A DNA stretch of 64,000 nucleotides from Lingula anatina (taxonomy: Eukaryota > Animalia > Brachiopoda): assembly GCA_051362555.1 (NCBI GenBank), contig CM120647.1, positions 11,756,651 through 11,820,650 on the forward strand, given 5' to 3'. Positions 13,094 to 25,917 of this stretch are shown piece by piece. The notes beneath the pieces are model-generated. The model was not told where the DNA came from. It saw nothing but the letters and a program-made list of their open reading frames with translations, and made no database searches. A program made the translations under genes and the position numbers. Position 1 is the stretch's first letter; each line of letters begins with the position of its first letter.

Positions 13094-13660
13094 GTTTGGT
13101 TTCACCTTTGACGTTGTAGAGCACGATGACGATCACAGCTGTTCAAACATATATATATACTTTCAAGTATTTAATTATTGGTGCGATTACAGCCACAGGA
13201 ATTTTGAGGAAAACATATTTGGCAAATTATTCCGCCGAGGAGGTTTTAGCATTGAGTATTCTTTGCTTTTTCAAATGTCGACTGCGGACTTCCCCCGGGT
13301 ACTAAATGAACATATGAACAATCTTGAGAAGCAAGAGCCCAAGATAGGAAAAGAGGGGTATAAAAAGACAAAACGTGTGCCAGATAAAAGGAGTAGAGGT
13401 GGCGCGACTTTTGTAATATCGGTAAGCTACTGAATCAATTCAAGTTCCATCTGTTTCATTGATATCCCGCTGGGAACGTTCCTAGTTAGATGGGTTCAGA
13501 TGATTTTACTTCCATTTTATTTTGCACTGAGATAACGTTTGGTTTCACCTTTGACATAATAAAGCACGATGTGGTCCACAGCTGTTCACACCTTGGCGGT
13601 TTTAGATTTGTGTAGTCTTTACTCTTTTAATGTTGACTGTGGAGCTGCCCTGGGTACTGT
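13094..13660. repeat. Scrambled and diverged array-edge sequence
   Basis: 13094-13415 consists of out-of-order fragments of the unit. 13420-13660 is a much more diverged homologue of the unit segment at ~1225-1467. Confidence 0.85.
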
Positions 13661-13757
13661 ATAAAAAACGACTTTTTTTACCTGTAAAGTGAATGTCAAT
13701 GATGGAAAATGAAAACACGTTTCAGTTAAAAGAAAAATGAATTATTTCATTTTTCAG

Positions 13758-13844
13758 ATTGCACTAGTGTTTGATGGTGCCACCAACGGTCCGTTATTCG
13801 GTCTTTTCTTTTTGGGTATTTTGTGTCCGTTCACCAATTGGCAG
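13758..13844 (+). CDS. Single 87-nt exon of an SLC5 sodium:solute symporter (SLC5A5/A6/A8/A12-like subfamily)
   Basis: tttcattttttcAG|IALVFDGATNGPLFGLFFLGILCPFTNWQ|GTaaga, phase 0-0. It matches the subfamily motif G-x-x-x-GPLxGxFxLGxxxPxxN. Confidence 0.75.
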
Positions 13845-14078
13845 GTAAGATATTTGCAGTGGTTCTAAGTTGAAGGATTCCACTTGCATTGTGAAGTTTT
13901 TGTTAAATTGTATCTTTTTTAGCTCTAATGTTTGGTTCCTTTGTTTTATCTGTGGTAGCTAACTCAGTGTAAACGTTTCTTGAAAAGAACAGTCTTAGTC
14001 ACAAAACATAATATGCTTACTTCTTGATAATATAAGTTGACACACTTAAATCACACAGCTAAAACACATTCAAATTAA

Positions 14079-14418
14079 AGGGATAATAACTCTTCGTTTT
14101 GGCCAAAAAATGAATTTTCCTGGAGTAAACAACAAGTTTCCCATACTTACCAATGGTTAATGAATCCATTTTTACAGTCAAAGTTAAGTCCCTGGTTTTT
14201 TTCTAAAAAGCTTGTTTTTTTTTATTAAAATCTTTTAAGAGATTTTAACAGAGTATAGCCATCAATGGAGGTCACGTGGTCTAAAGACAAGCTCAGATAT
14301 CAGAATAATAGCTTTAACTGCCGTTTTTGTGGTAAAACAGAATATTTTATATTTCTATGAGTTATTCACAATGTTTTTATTGTGAAATATAGATCTCATA
14401 CGAAGAGTTATTATCCCT
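14079..14418. mobile_element. MITE with TTAA target duplication (Kolobok-like AG termini)
   Basis: ttaa|AGGGATAATAACTCTTCGT ... ACGAAGAGTTATTATCCCT|ttaa, a perfect 19-bp TIR. Confidence 0.85.
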
Positions 14419-14637
14419 TTAACTGTGTTCTTGAACTTGTAGCTTTCGAAATAATTCAATAATATTTTCTGAGATGTCCATTTAAAAACTCGCTTTTACC
14501 ATGGCCCATCGGAGAGTATGCGTGCGTCTTTAACACGCCCCTGAACTTGCGATAACGACTTGCACCGTGCTTATTTCTTATTTTATTAAGCCCAATAGCA
14601 GCGGAATTGACAAGGCCCATACCGCATTCGTCTCTTA

Positions 14638-14867
14638 AGCCTAGGTCCCAACCAAACGTATGGGCCGCTACGTGTGGTCTACGGCCAAAAATGGGGGGAA
14701 ACGTGGGAGTTCGTGCATGAGAAGCACGTCCATCGTGCGACTTCCGGGAGGACGAAACAGCACGTAGAATCTTTTCGAAATGATCAACAGTCCCGACGTG
14801 CGATCTAGCTACGTGCTAGCAAGGAACCTAAAAACCGTGGGTCCAAAACGTAGTTGGGACTTAGGCT
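14638..14867. mobile_element. PIF/Harbinger-like MITE
   Basis: tta|AGCCTAGGTCCCAAC ... GTTGGGACTTAGGCT|tta, with a 3-bp TTA TSD. Confidence 0.75.
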
Positions 14868-16309
14868 TTACTGTGGATTTTTGAGCTTCAAATGGCTATG
14901 CTATAAAACTCGAAATTCACATGGTCGTGTCTTGTTCGTCATTCAACGAGACCCATAGATGCGAAATTGCCAAGACCTGCGCTGCATTTGTCTTATACTG
15001 TGCATGTTATAAAACACGAAATTGACATAAATGTAGTCATGCTTATTTCGAGACATGCTGGCTCCCATATAATAAAATGCAAGATTGCCTTGTGCCAAGT
15101 CACATTTGTCTTTTACTGTGGAATTTATGCTTTTAAATGTCATAAAGCACGAACTAAGCATGTCTCATGTGATTTTCGTAGTCGTGTCAACAGAGCCAAG
15201 TACTTGTATCACGAATTTAAGGGTGTAAAAAGAAAAAAAAAATATTGCATTTAGAACGACGAAAAAATTAAGTGATATTACAGTCATTTCTATTGGCTTT
15301 TGCATCAAACCTTTGTTAATTCAACACTGTCACGTTTTGCAGTAAAGGGAATTCAGGGTCGTAGTGTATAAGTATTTATTTCTTGAAAAATGAAAACCAC
15401 AGCTTAAATAAATAAAGCAACAATATTCATTGGGACATTCCAAAATTAAATATTGCTATACAGTGTAACAAGATCAAATAGTACCATATTAAACATAAGA
15501 CCTGTTTAGTCAGTGTACTACTACGTGGTAAAGTTGACACTTTTGGAGATAAAATACAGAAACCAGTTCTGCATAATGCTGAATCCTATACATCATATAG
15601 CAACACAAAATAGATTCAAGCTTTCACAAGAATTTACACACAGTGATCACAGAATCTGCAGTAAAAAAAAAGAGGAATAAAAACTCATTGCAATGTTTTA
15701 GTAAACTAATTATAGTGTAAACAGCATTATGTTGATTCTTCAACAAGTGAAATATAAAATTTAATGATAATAATAATAATAAAATTTAAAACATGTTTAA
15801 CTGTATACACTTTATCTTACACATGACCCTCCATGACAAATACTATGATATACAACATCATTTAATTCTAAAAAACAGTTAGGAATGTTCAAATAGCACC
15901 TTATAATACCATCAAATGGTACGGAAATAAGACATAACATTTACATTATATAAATCACATATGTATATCACAGTCTTTAAATATTCTAAAAACATGTATA
16001 ATAAAGAAATATTGATTTGACTAAAAGAAAAATCTAACTGAGTTAAAATCAGACAGCTTTAGTCTGCATAAACTATAGAGTTGTGGCAGAAGTTTTTCTT
16101 TCTTTTTAATGATTTATCATCCTGCAGATCAAAAGCACTTTTGTCTCACATTAAAAAATGCCACTGGTGTCACATTGCGACTGATTAAAATGACTGTTGG
16201 TGCACTGATATCTCATTTAAGTTTTTGAAAAAATCTAAGTTTGTGACAAAAAAAGTACATGTGACCAATTATCCTCTTGCCTTCATTGTCTACTAGAACT
16301 CTTGAAAGT

Positions 16310-19300
16310 TTATCTCAAATTTAAACAGTTTTCTTTCTGCAGCTTGACACAAAGTCTTCCCAACTGACGGACACAGTCCTCCCCCATAGTGGACAGCATG
16401 GTCAGCCTCTTGACCACTAAGCTGAAGGAAGTCTGGGGCTGACCACTGGTCATCTGGAATAACAAATACATTAATAAATTGATGAATATGTATACCATTA
16501 TGTTTTTGGAGGCCATCTTGGAAAAAATGTCCACCAGATGTCACTGGGTGCTGGTTCTATATCCCAAAATCCTCAGCTAGTTAGTTATCTGGGTTGTCAA
16601 CATTCTGAGCAAGATTAGTGCTTGCTTTCACAGAAATGAAGGATTGTGGTAAATAACAGCTACATTACAGAATTTAGTGTGTTCCGATGTAGACCCAAGG
16701 AACATAAACCAATTTCCCCCTTCATTTTTTATATAGATTTAATTTCATGTTTTACATAATTATTGCTATTTTTCTAATTCATGTTTTTTTCTCAACCACA
16801 AGTTGTCTCTTTAAACTTCCATCACATGAATTTGCTTGCCACATGAACAGAGCTTAATTTAAGGCTGTTACATCCACCCCCCTCCCCTCTCAGAAAACCC
16901 CACCTGTTCTTCACCTACCTGTTCTATTTGTGAGGCAAAAAAGTCCAATCTTTCCAGACAGCTGAAGAGAAGTTTGTTCTGGGCTAGTTGTCTTCTTGTC
17001 AGAGTGCACATGATAGTGTAAACATTTTCCATAACCATATGGTACTAAAAACAAACAGATTGAATGTAGTAAAAAACATTTACTTGTTAAATTTAAACAG
17101 CGATATCTTCTACTCTTATTAATACTAATATCTATTTCTGGTAGTATTTCTGGTTTTCTAATTTTCCTACCTAAAAAAATTACCCAGTAAATTTAAATAG
17201 TAATATTAAAAAAAATAAATCAAGTTATATTAAATGTTTATCTGTGAGTAACTAAGAGTGATAAACCAAGAAAATGTAAAATTCAGAATATGTTATACTT
17301 CTTTTGAGAAATAAGCATATCGTTAAAAGAAAAAAAAACTTACCTCAGCTTTAAGTTTGATGACATCATATATGAAATCTGCTGCAGATGGTGTTACCTG
17401 GTTAAAATATGAAGATGTAGCTTACATAATTTAATTTAAAATGTTTGATCGAAAGACAATGTTTCATATTCCATAGAAAATAATAACTGAAGAGATTTTT
17501 TTTTTTTGCTTGGTTTCAGTACTGTATATAAACGGGGCAGACAAAAATGACCAAAAATTTGAAGAATGTGCACTTTTAACTTTTTTAATGGCTGATAGAG
17601 TGATTAATTCAGTTAATCCCCAGTTTATCTCTTGGCACATCTTATTTATAAATTCGAGTCACGTAAGAAACTAATATAGGGTGCATAATATGCATTACTG
17701 GGGATCCAGGCTCCACTGACTCTCACTTCGAATGTACCTTTAAATATCTTAGCTTAAAACTACCAACTCAGGTGCAAGCACAACAGTCTAAAAATCCTAA
17801 AAGTATAATTTGTGCAGTTTTTACCTTCATAATGTGGCAGCAGTTCACAGCGGCTTGTCTTGCATGCTCTGCTCTCCACCTCTTCCACGCTCTGCGATGT
17901 CTGAGACACTGACGATAAAACGTGTTGGTTCTTAACATCCACCTGGGTGCAGAATCTAGTTCGACAGTCTGGAAATAAATACATCATATAAATTCCAGGT
18001 ACAGGGATCTACTAGACTATGAACTGTAACAGCTGCTGTAGTAAAAAAAAAAATTCATCATAAAGGAAGTCAAGGAATAATGAAAAAAATTTATAAATAA
18101 TCAGTTTGCTAATATCGAGTGTCAAGTAAAAACAAAAAAAAAAAGTATGTTTAGTGACAGAAAATTAGAAACTGGATATATCTTAAGGTTAGCCGTTTTA
18201 ACATTAAAGTCAGTTATTATTTTTATTATACTTTACTTTTAGAATATAATTAAGTATTAAAAAATCAATTTTTGTTAGACAGTCCACAACAAGCTACTGC
18301 AGAAAGAGGCTCCACCATGTATCTGAGATTAGGCCTATTCAAATTCAATTAAAAATTAATAATTCATTTTATAATAGAATTCATTTATTTAAACAGATAA
18401 AACTCTCATTCAACTCACGGTTTCTTTTTTGGCCATAGAGGAGCAGCTCGAATTCAGATGGTTACTAGTCCAGGGTTTTAAACACTCCCAGCAAAAATCT
18501 TGTCCACAACGGCAGGTCATGTGTTGACAGCCTCCATTTTTCTGCATGGGGTAACTGCAGTGAGGGCATTTCTTGACCCTCACATAAAACAAGTAGCTGT
18601 CCTCACCTGCCTTACAATTCTTTCCTGTATGTCCTACAGATATGAGGCACAATTGTCAGAGCCAGGGATGCTCAATGCATGATGGATATCGTTCTTCAAA
18701 TTTACAAAGTTGCAATTATTTCAATTTTCTAAATCTTTGCTTAAATTCAACAGCCGTTTAAAGCTAAGAGCAGTAAAAAAAAAAGAAGACTTTTTATTGC
18801 TTAAAACTGTAAAACACTAGAGTGGCATTAGAATTAAAATGTGACATATAATACAGACGTACCATTCTGTTTAAGAATTTTCTGATAGTTTGCCGCCAAG
18901 TCGCAGGTTGCTGGCCAGTGTGCCTCCTCATGGCAGTCAAAACACCAGGTGGCTCCACAGTCACAACCAACGCAGGGGGTCTGGCCAAGAAAAGCCTGTG
19001 TCCTCTGCACCTGGACGGTACGTCCACATTTTGGGTTGGGGCACCAGGCGAGGTGGGGGCTGGTGTCCACCGCGAGTTCTCGTGTCCTCTGCTCCAGCAG
19101 CTGGTAGGCTGGTAACGGCACCAGACAGAGGACGGTGGCCGGGTCAACCAGTTCTGAACATTTGTACGCCTGAGAAATGAACCCATCAATTCATCAATGT
19201 TCAAATGTATGTGAAATTAAGGTGTGTGTGTGTGTGTGTGTGTGTTTGCATTGTTTCTCAACTACATGTACTAGTACTACTTTTACTGTATGGATTTCAT

Positions 19301-22300
19301 CAGTCTTACAGTAATTATCTACTGGTATAGATAAATTGTGTGGGTGCATGCATGTGTGGAATTTGCTTCTCAACTATCAATTAAAATAAACGAAAAAGAG
19401 CAAATCAAAGACTGAACACATTCAGTTTAATTTTGTCAAAATATGACAATATACATGTAAACTTTGATATAACCCACATATTAAGATAAGATACTGGTGC
19501 ATTTACATAGTATCCATAAGCACATGTCAAGTACTTATTTATTTCTTTGCATCATCATCAACAGAATTTGTTTACAAAATCATAATAATAAATAAATTCA
19601 CTCACAGGACACACAAGGTTGGAAAAACCTTGTTTTATGATTGACAGAAGATAATCTCTCCAGCAGTCTACGCAGAACCAGTGTTGGCATGACAACAAGG
19701 CAGAAGCTTCCCCATTGGTCAGTTCACTGTAACAGATATCACATGACATGTCGTCTGATGCTGGGGTACAAGATGGCAGACTGGCTGTTTTTCTATGAGA
19801 GTTGTCTTGCAGATCCTGGAATAGTTTAATAGTCTCAGTTCCTGGTTGAAATCTGACAGTATGGACGACAAAAATATTTCAGTTTTACTTAAAATACTTA
19901 TATCAATGGTGGATCTTTCAAAAATAAAAAATAAATAAATAAAAATAAAAACATGTTTTCAGAAAACGTGAGTCTCTTAGACCAATTGCATACTGAGCAT
20001 TTTATAGAAATGGAACATTTTTCCAAGAAAATAAAATTAAATTACAAAATAAAAAATAAAAAAAAATCTTACCCTTTGACAGATATCTAAAAGTGACTTC
20101 ATTTCCATGTCATAATTCTCCATTTTCCAGCCACAAACTGTCTGCAGAAGTGAAAAGTGAAACTTTTGTGGTGACTGAAATTTCTTTCTGAACTTCTTTC
20201 TTTTCTCAGAACAAACGTCAAGTTGGCCAAGTGTCTGTACAATACTTTCTACAACATCATGGAAAGGGCATGGTCCTGTGGAAGCCAAGTCAAACATTGT
20301 ACTCTGAAGAACATCTGCTGTGTTTGATGAAAGGTCACCCTTTACTTGTACCCTAAAAAGCAGAAAAATATTAGTAATTGGGGTATAACAAGAAAAAGCA
20401 GGAAAAGCATATTTCAGACAATTACTAATAGTACATGTAACTTTGCTAATGAAGTTTAATTCGGAAAACTACAGTCCTTATTTCTTAGTTTTCTTCTCAT
20501 ATTTTACAATTTTTCCTTTTTATTTTAAATCTGCTACACTCATGTATTTCTCCATCAGCATTGCAAAAAATAAAATGAAATAACTTGCAAGTCTGTTTAC
20601 TAACCTTAATTGCACAACACCAGTACTAGTATCTTTCTGAATATCAAAGTCACAGAAATCCCAACCATTATCACAAGTATCACCAAGACCACCATGTCCA
20701 ATACTGCCTAGTGACTCAGCGATGATAAACATCGAGATTTCTTCCTCTTTCCCAGAACTGATGTCCTTGCTGATATCGATGACAAACCGACGGGGGACTG
20801 TATAAGACTCTCTGTACCTGCCACCAAAGTACTGACGCATGACACTGTCACTGATGCTGTCTGTTGTCACGGTGATGTCGCTTACAGCGTGATGAGTGTC
20901 AGTGTCATCAAATGCACTATTGATGACATCCTGGGTGACATTGACACTATCTTCACCTGTGTCTTGGTCATTTTTATCACTGACATTGTACTCATCATTT
21001 CTGGAGTCCTCATCAATAAGAATTACCATGCTTCCCTTTGAGTGAAATTTTACAATATCACTACCACTCATGATTAGGTTAGGGTGGGTGGCTTTTACCC
21101 TAGAGGAATTCCTTTTTTCTTTTTTCATGGACTTTTTCTTGAGAGAAACATTTGTCAGGAAATCAGATAAAGTAAACGGTCTAGTAATTTTTTCTGCTTG
21201 CTTATAAGTTTTATATGGATTGTCTTGATCATCAGTGCCGTCTACAGGACCACTGGAATAATAGCCCTCATCTTGATCAGCAGTGACATCTTGTGAACAA
21301 ACAGAAACATTTTCTTCATCCAAAAGAATTTCATCATCTAACCAGTCAACTCCGTCATATGATTCCCATTTTTTACAATAATGATACCAGGTCAGATCAG
21401 GGTTGTTTCGTCTGCCTTTTCCCTTGGACTTTGCTTTATTCAATGGCCATGACCTATCTATAATTAAAAAAAAAAATAATTGACAAAATTATTACTCCAG
21501 AAAAATTGACTTGCACTGCATAGGTACAGTCCTTGCAAATGTTACGTGGAAGGTGATGACGACTACTGTCCTTATAGAATACAACAGAAATCATTATTTT
21601 CTTTTAAATAAATGGACCAGTACTGGTAGAGTAACCTGTAATTTAAAAGGGGGATGGGGGAAGGGGGTTTGAAAACATGGACCTGTTTACCCTGGCCCCT
21701 TAGTTGATCTTAACTGAGAAGTAATATAAAACCGCACATTTTGAGTCATGACCTCCTGAACCCCCCCCCCCCCCCAGCCCCTTCCCCCTTCAAACCACGC
21801 CTGGTGCCTGCCCAGGTATCAGTTTAAAGAAATACAGTATTTTTCCCAACTGAAGGGACCTTCTTTTCAGAGATGACTGGCCAAACCCCTTGCTCCACCC
21901 TGTATACAAACATGCCAAAGTCCAGACTGACTCAACTTACCCCATCTGAAGGGACCATCTTTGCACAGCATGTGAGCCACAGGCCTCGTGGGATAACAGA
22001 CTTCATATCTCAGTTCTGCGGGACCATCTGTCGGTACATGGGGGCTAGCATATGGAAACATCTCTCTGGGAATTGTCAAGAAAAACTGCCAATAAAAGTA
22101 GTTTTCCCTGAACATTTAAATTTTGTACACATTTTAAGAAAATAATGTTTAGATACAAGATTTCTAGTAGACTTTCTTGATATTTTGTATATATACTGTT
22201 TGTACCTTTCAGTTTCAGCATTTTCCTTCTCTTCCTGTGGCTGCAACATCACCTGGTGCCTTTGAGCTCCTCTTATTTTTCTAAGGGTGTTGTTCTTCCT

Positions 22301-22864
22301 CTTTTCCTTCATTCTATCCCGTGTTGTTTTTCCCACTGAATTTCTCGCCATGCCATTGCGTCTCAGATCAGTGATATAACTTCTTTTACTCTTGGGGTAC
22401 GTGCTAGGAAATTTTCTTTTGCTGTCATGGTAACCAATACAGTCCGCTATGAACCGGTTTCTACGAGGACTAATCATTGATGAATAGGTAGAGCGCTCAA
22501 ACAATGTCAGCTTGGACTTTTCCACTTCCTGAGCATCTGCATCACTGATAGCTTCCTTAACAGTTCCGGGAAGAAGCCAGCGTTTCCTTTTATTCAGAGA
22601 ATACAAAACATCCAGTCCATTGTAACGCGCATTCAGTCTCAAACCGCCATCTTGAATAATGTCAGTAAACTCTCCTTCGATCTCCCTGTGATAGTCCTCT
22701 CGATCATCACTAAACAAGCGTGTTAAGATTTCTTTAATGATGTAGCCACCCTTGTACTCCGAGGTGTGATGCTGCCTCCAACACTTCTGCACTGACACCC
22801 ATGGTCCAACTTTCGGCATAGAACAGCCTGTGTTCAGGCCTTGCTTGCTCCTCTTTAGCACCAT
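16310..22864 (-). CDS. RBR-family (RING1-IBR-RING2) E3 ubiquitin ligase, Ariadne-like, with long N-terminal extension; 11 coding exons, ~1038 aa
   Basis: Exons 22864-22206, 22065-21941, 21457-20605, 20352-20073, 19815-19606, 19169-18863, 18633-18419, 17968-17825, 17397-17344, 17044-16919 and 16453-16310. All introns are GT-AG and phase-compatible, total 3117 nt. RING1 is CDICY..CQHWFCVDCW..CPAYKC, IBR is WCPNPKC..CDCGATWCFDCHEEAHWPATC, and RING2 is KKCPHC..KNGGCQHMTCRCGQDFCWEC with the catalytic Cys intact. Confidence 0.9.
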
Positions 22865-23552
22865 GCTGGTTATTTTACTGTATGCAACGTTCTTCTATGT
22901 GAAACTCTGGATAATGATAATAAAAATAATATGATCAAAACAACAACAACAATAATAATAATAACAACAACAAAAACGACTGGTTCTTAAAATTGTCTTC
23001 ATTTCACATGTTTGAGGACTTTGCTTTCGTGCTTTAGCAAGGCGTCAAGAATAATACAAAGGGAGTGCTAACATAAGAATATTCGGGCGAGAATATTCCA
23101 TGAGCACTAACAATTATACCGAAGACGTTGGGAAGTTTTAAGTTTGTTTATGAAGTTTACCTCTTTAGTCACCTCTTTACCTAGGCTCTCTTCACCTTCA
23201 CCCTCCAAATATTAATGTTTATATACATCTTCGCTTTTATATCCCGATGGTGTCAGCAAAAAATACTATGAAGCCACCGTGGTGCAATACTCGTGGTGCA
23301 ACCACCGGATGTTTTGATAGGTGCTCAGCATTAACAGTCCAGCCAGGCTTTGATTGGTTGAAAATAAACCTAAAATCAACAAAAAATATAGGCCAGTTGC
23401 TGGGTTGTATTGCTAAAGAATTTAATGTTTTTAATTTAATGAATTTTTTTATTCAACATTGATTTATATAGATTTATCCGTTGTTTGTTACCTATATTGG
23501 ATTTGGAGCATCTTGAAGCACCCCACCTACCGACGGAAAGATTGTTTATAAC
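22865..23552. promoter_or_regulatory. Probable bidirectional promoter / 5' UTR region
   Basis: Only ~690 bp separate the start codons of two divergently oriented genes. Inferred from position only. Confidence 0.5.
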
Positions 23553-23846
23553 ATGGCAATAGGAGTCAGCGGTGCTATTTTTATAGCTCGCATTTTCTTC
23601 GTGATACTGCTGTTCCAGAAATATTTGGTGGGTATTTAAAGACGTAGATTGGATGGTGCATATAGCTTATTGGAGAATTATAATGAAAAGACGCAATTGC
23701 CTCTTTTAAATACGATTTATCCTTAGAACTTGCTCGAATGTTTAACCGAGTTCTTGATTATCATGAGCACTCGTATTTCACATATATAGATGTATTACAC
23801 ATTATCATTTATGAATAGATTTTTCTTACCCCACCATCCCCTTCCA

Positions 23847-23896
<50 letters not shown>

Positions 23897-25852
23897 GCAC
23901 ACACTTATACTTGTCTGTCCTCAACTCTCAGATACAACTTTGTGTAGATGCCTTAGTCGGGTGCAAAAGTCCAGAATGACATTTTGGTTAATTAAGTGTC
24001 CCCTTTTCAATCTAGGTGTTCTCTGCTGAGGAAGATGACCATTTCCATGGTGTCAACTACACTGTGGGCAGCCAGGAAGGCAACGGGAGCTATGTGACCT
24101 TTGATAAAGGAGGAGCCGAGGGTAAATCTCAGGAGATGACGGAGGCGGTCTTCTGGGTCTTCCAGAAGACAATCAGAAATCTTTAGTTTACATTGATAGG
24201 CGATTCATTTATTTTGTGGGAAACCGATCAAAAAAGATGAAGGAATAAGCTAAACAAAATGATTATTATAATAGAAATTAAAATGTAGAAAAAAAGAGAG
24301 AAATAAAAAGAAAGTTCTTCTGACTTCTTTAAATTTCAACAAATTCTCTTAATCACCAAGTTTTATCTTATCCAAAACTGTTGATAAACTTACAGGTTAT
24401 ATATATTTTTTATTGTTCATTTTTATGTACAGACACAGATGTGTCTGTACATATAGCCATCATCTGCGTCTGTCGTCGCCGTCGTCGCCGTCGGCGCCGT
24501 CGTCGCCGTCGTGCACTTTTACCGATAACACGATAAGTGGAACACCGTTTTTGCTTTTGGCTTGAAACTTACAGAACTGGTGAATATTCCTAATACGCAG
24601 GTCAAGTTCGAAAATCAGCATGATCGGGCCATTTTTAGGGAAGTTATGCTGTTTTTTCACTTTTTTCAGCATATATGCAGCACCGATAACACGATAAGTG
24701 GAAAACCATTTTACCTTTTGACTTGAAACTTGCAGAACTGATGAATATTCATAATACGCAGGTCAAGTTCGAAAATCAGCATGATCGGGTCACTTTTAGG
24801 TAATTTATGCTGTTTTTTCACTTTTTTCAGCATATATGCAGCACCGATAACACGATAAGTGGAAAACCATTTTACCTTTTGACTTGAAACTTACAGAACT
24901 GATGAATATCCATAATACGCAGGTCAAGTTCGAAAATCAGCATGATTGGGCTATTTTGAGGGAATTTATGCTGTTTTTTCACTATTTTCAATATAAATGC
25001 AACACTGATAACACAATATAAGAACAAGGCAGCAAAGCTGTCAAATGTACAGACAAAAAACAGAAAATAAAGATGCAAAAAAGGTCATTTTGTCAATTTT
25101 GATGCAATAATAAATAATGCTTATAATAGCACTGTCAGTCAACACTGAATTTTAATCTTGCACAACAGGTAACATGGTCAATAACAGGAGCGGACCCAGA
25201 GGTATTTTCTGACAGTATTACAAAGTATCTATTTTGATCCATCCTCCATTTTGATGGTCTTCCAACAGAAAAAAATAGATACCAGTCAATATAAACTTAA
25301 TAACCTGACTGTCTTCAGGAAGACCCAGAAGATGGTCCACCCCTTCAATAAAATTACAGTTTCAGGACCATGAGAGTTCAAATTCACATTATGAAACTCT
25401 CAATATTTGAAAAATGATGACAGTGCATAAAATAATATTACATAATGTTTAAAGACATAAAAAACAATACAACTGCTTATGTGGAAATACAGAAAATGTG
25501 CAGAGCCCCAGGCAGATGAGAGTTAAAAGTCACAAATGCAAGTGTTTGAGAAAAAATTATAAAGGAAAACATAACAAAGCTAGAAAAGCACTTTGAGAGT
25601 GCAGACCTCTGCCAAGGCAGCAATTGTTGATTATTATTGATAATTGATTGATTATTGTTCCAGACCACCACCAAAAATTAATCATTGTCCTCATTGTCCG
25701 ACAGTTCCTGAAAATTTCTGCAAAATCAGTCCATAACTTTTTGTGTTATGTGGATGACAGACAAACGGGGGTGAAAATATGACCTCCTTGGCAGAGCTTG
25801 AGGTAAATATAATTCCAATGAAGATGCTATTCAAACTTTTAATCTTCCAGTT

Positions 25853-25917
<65 letters not shown>

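Noticed and set aside
438-13105. Recurring 60-134 aa ORFs in the array as a multicopy protein family
   Set aside because: They overlap on both strands, are broken by homopolymer indels in different units, and show no recognisable domain. Their recurrence simply reflects DNA repetition.
23247-23462. 71-aa ORF between the divergent genes
   Set aside because: It lies in the promoter interval and has no domain or splice support.
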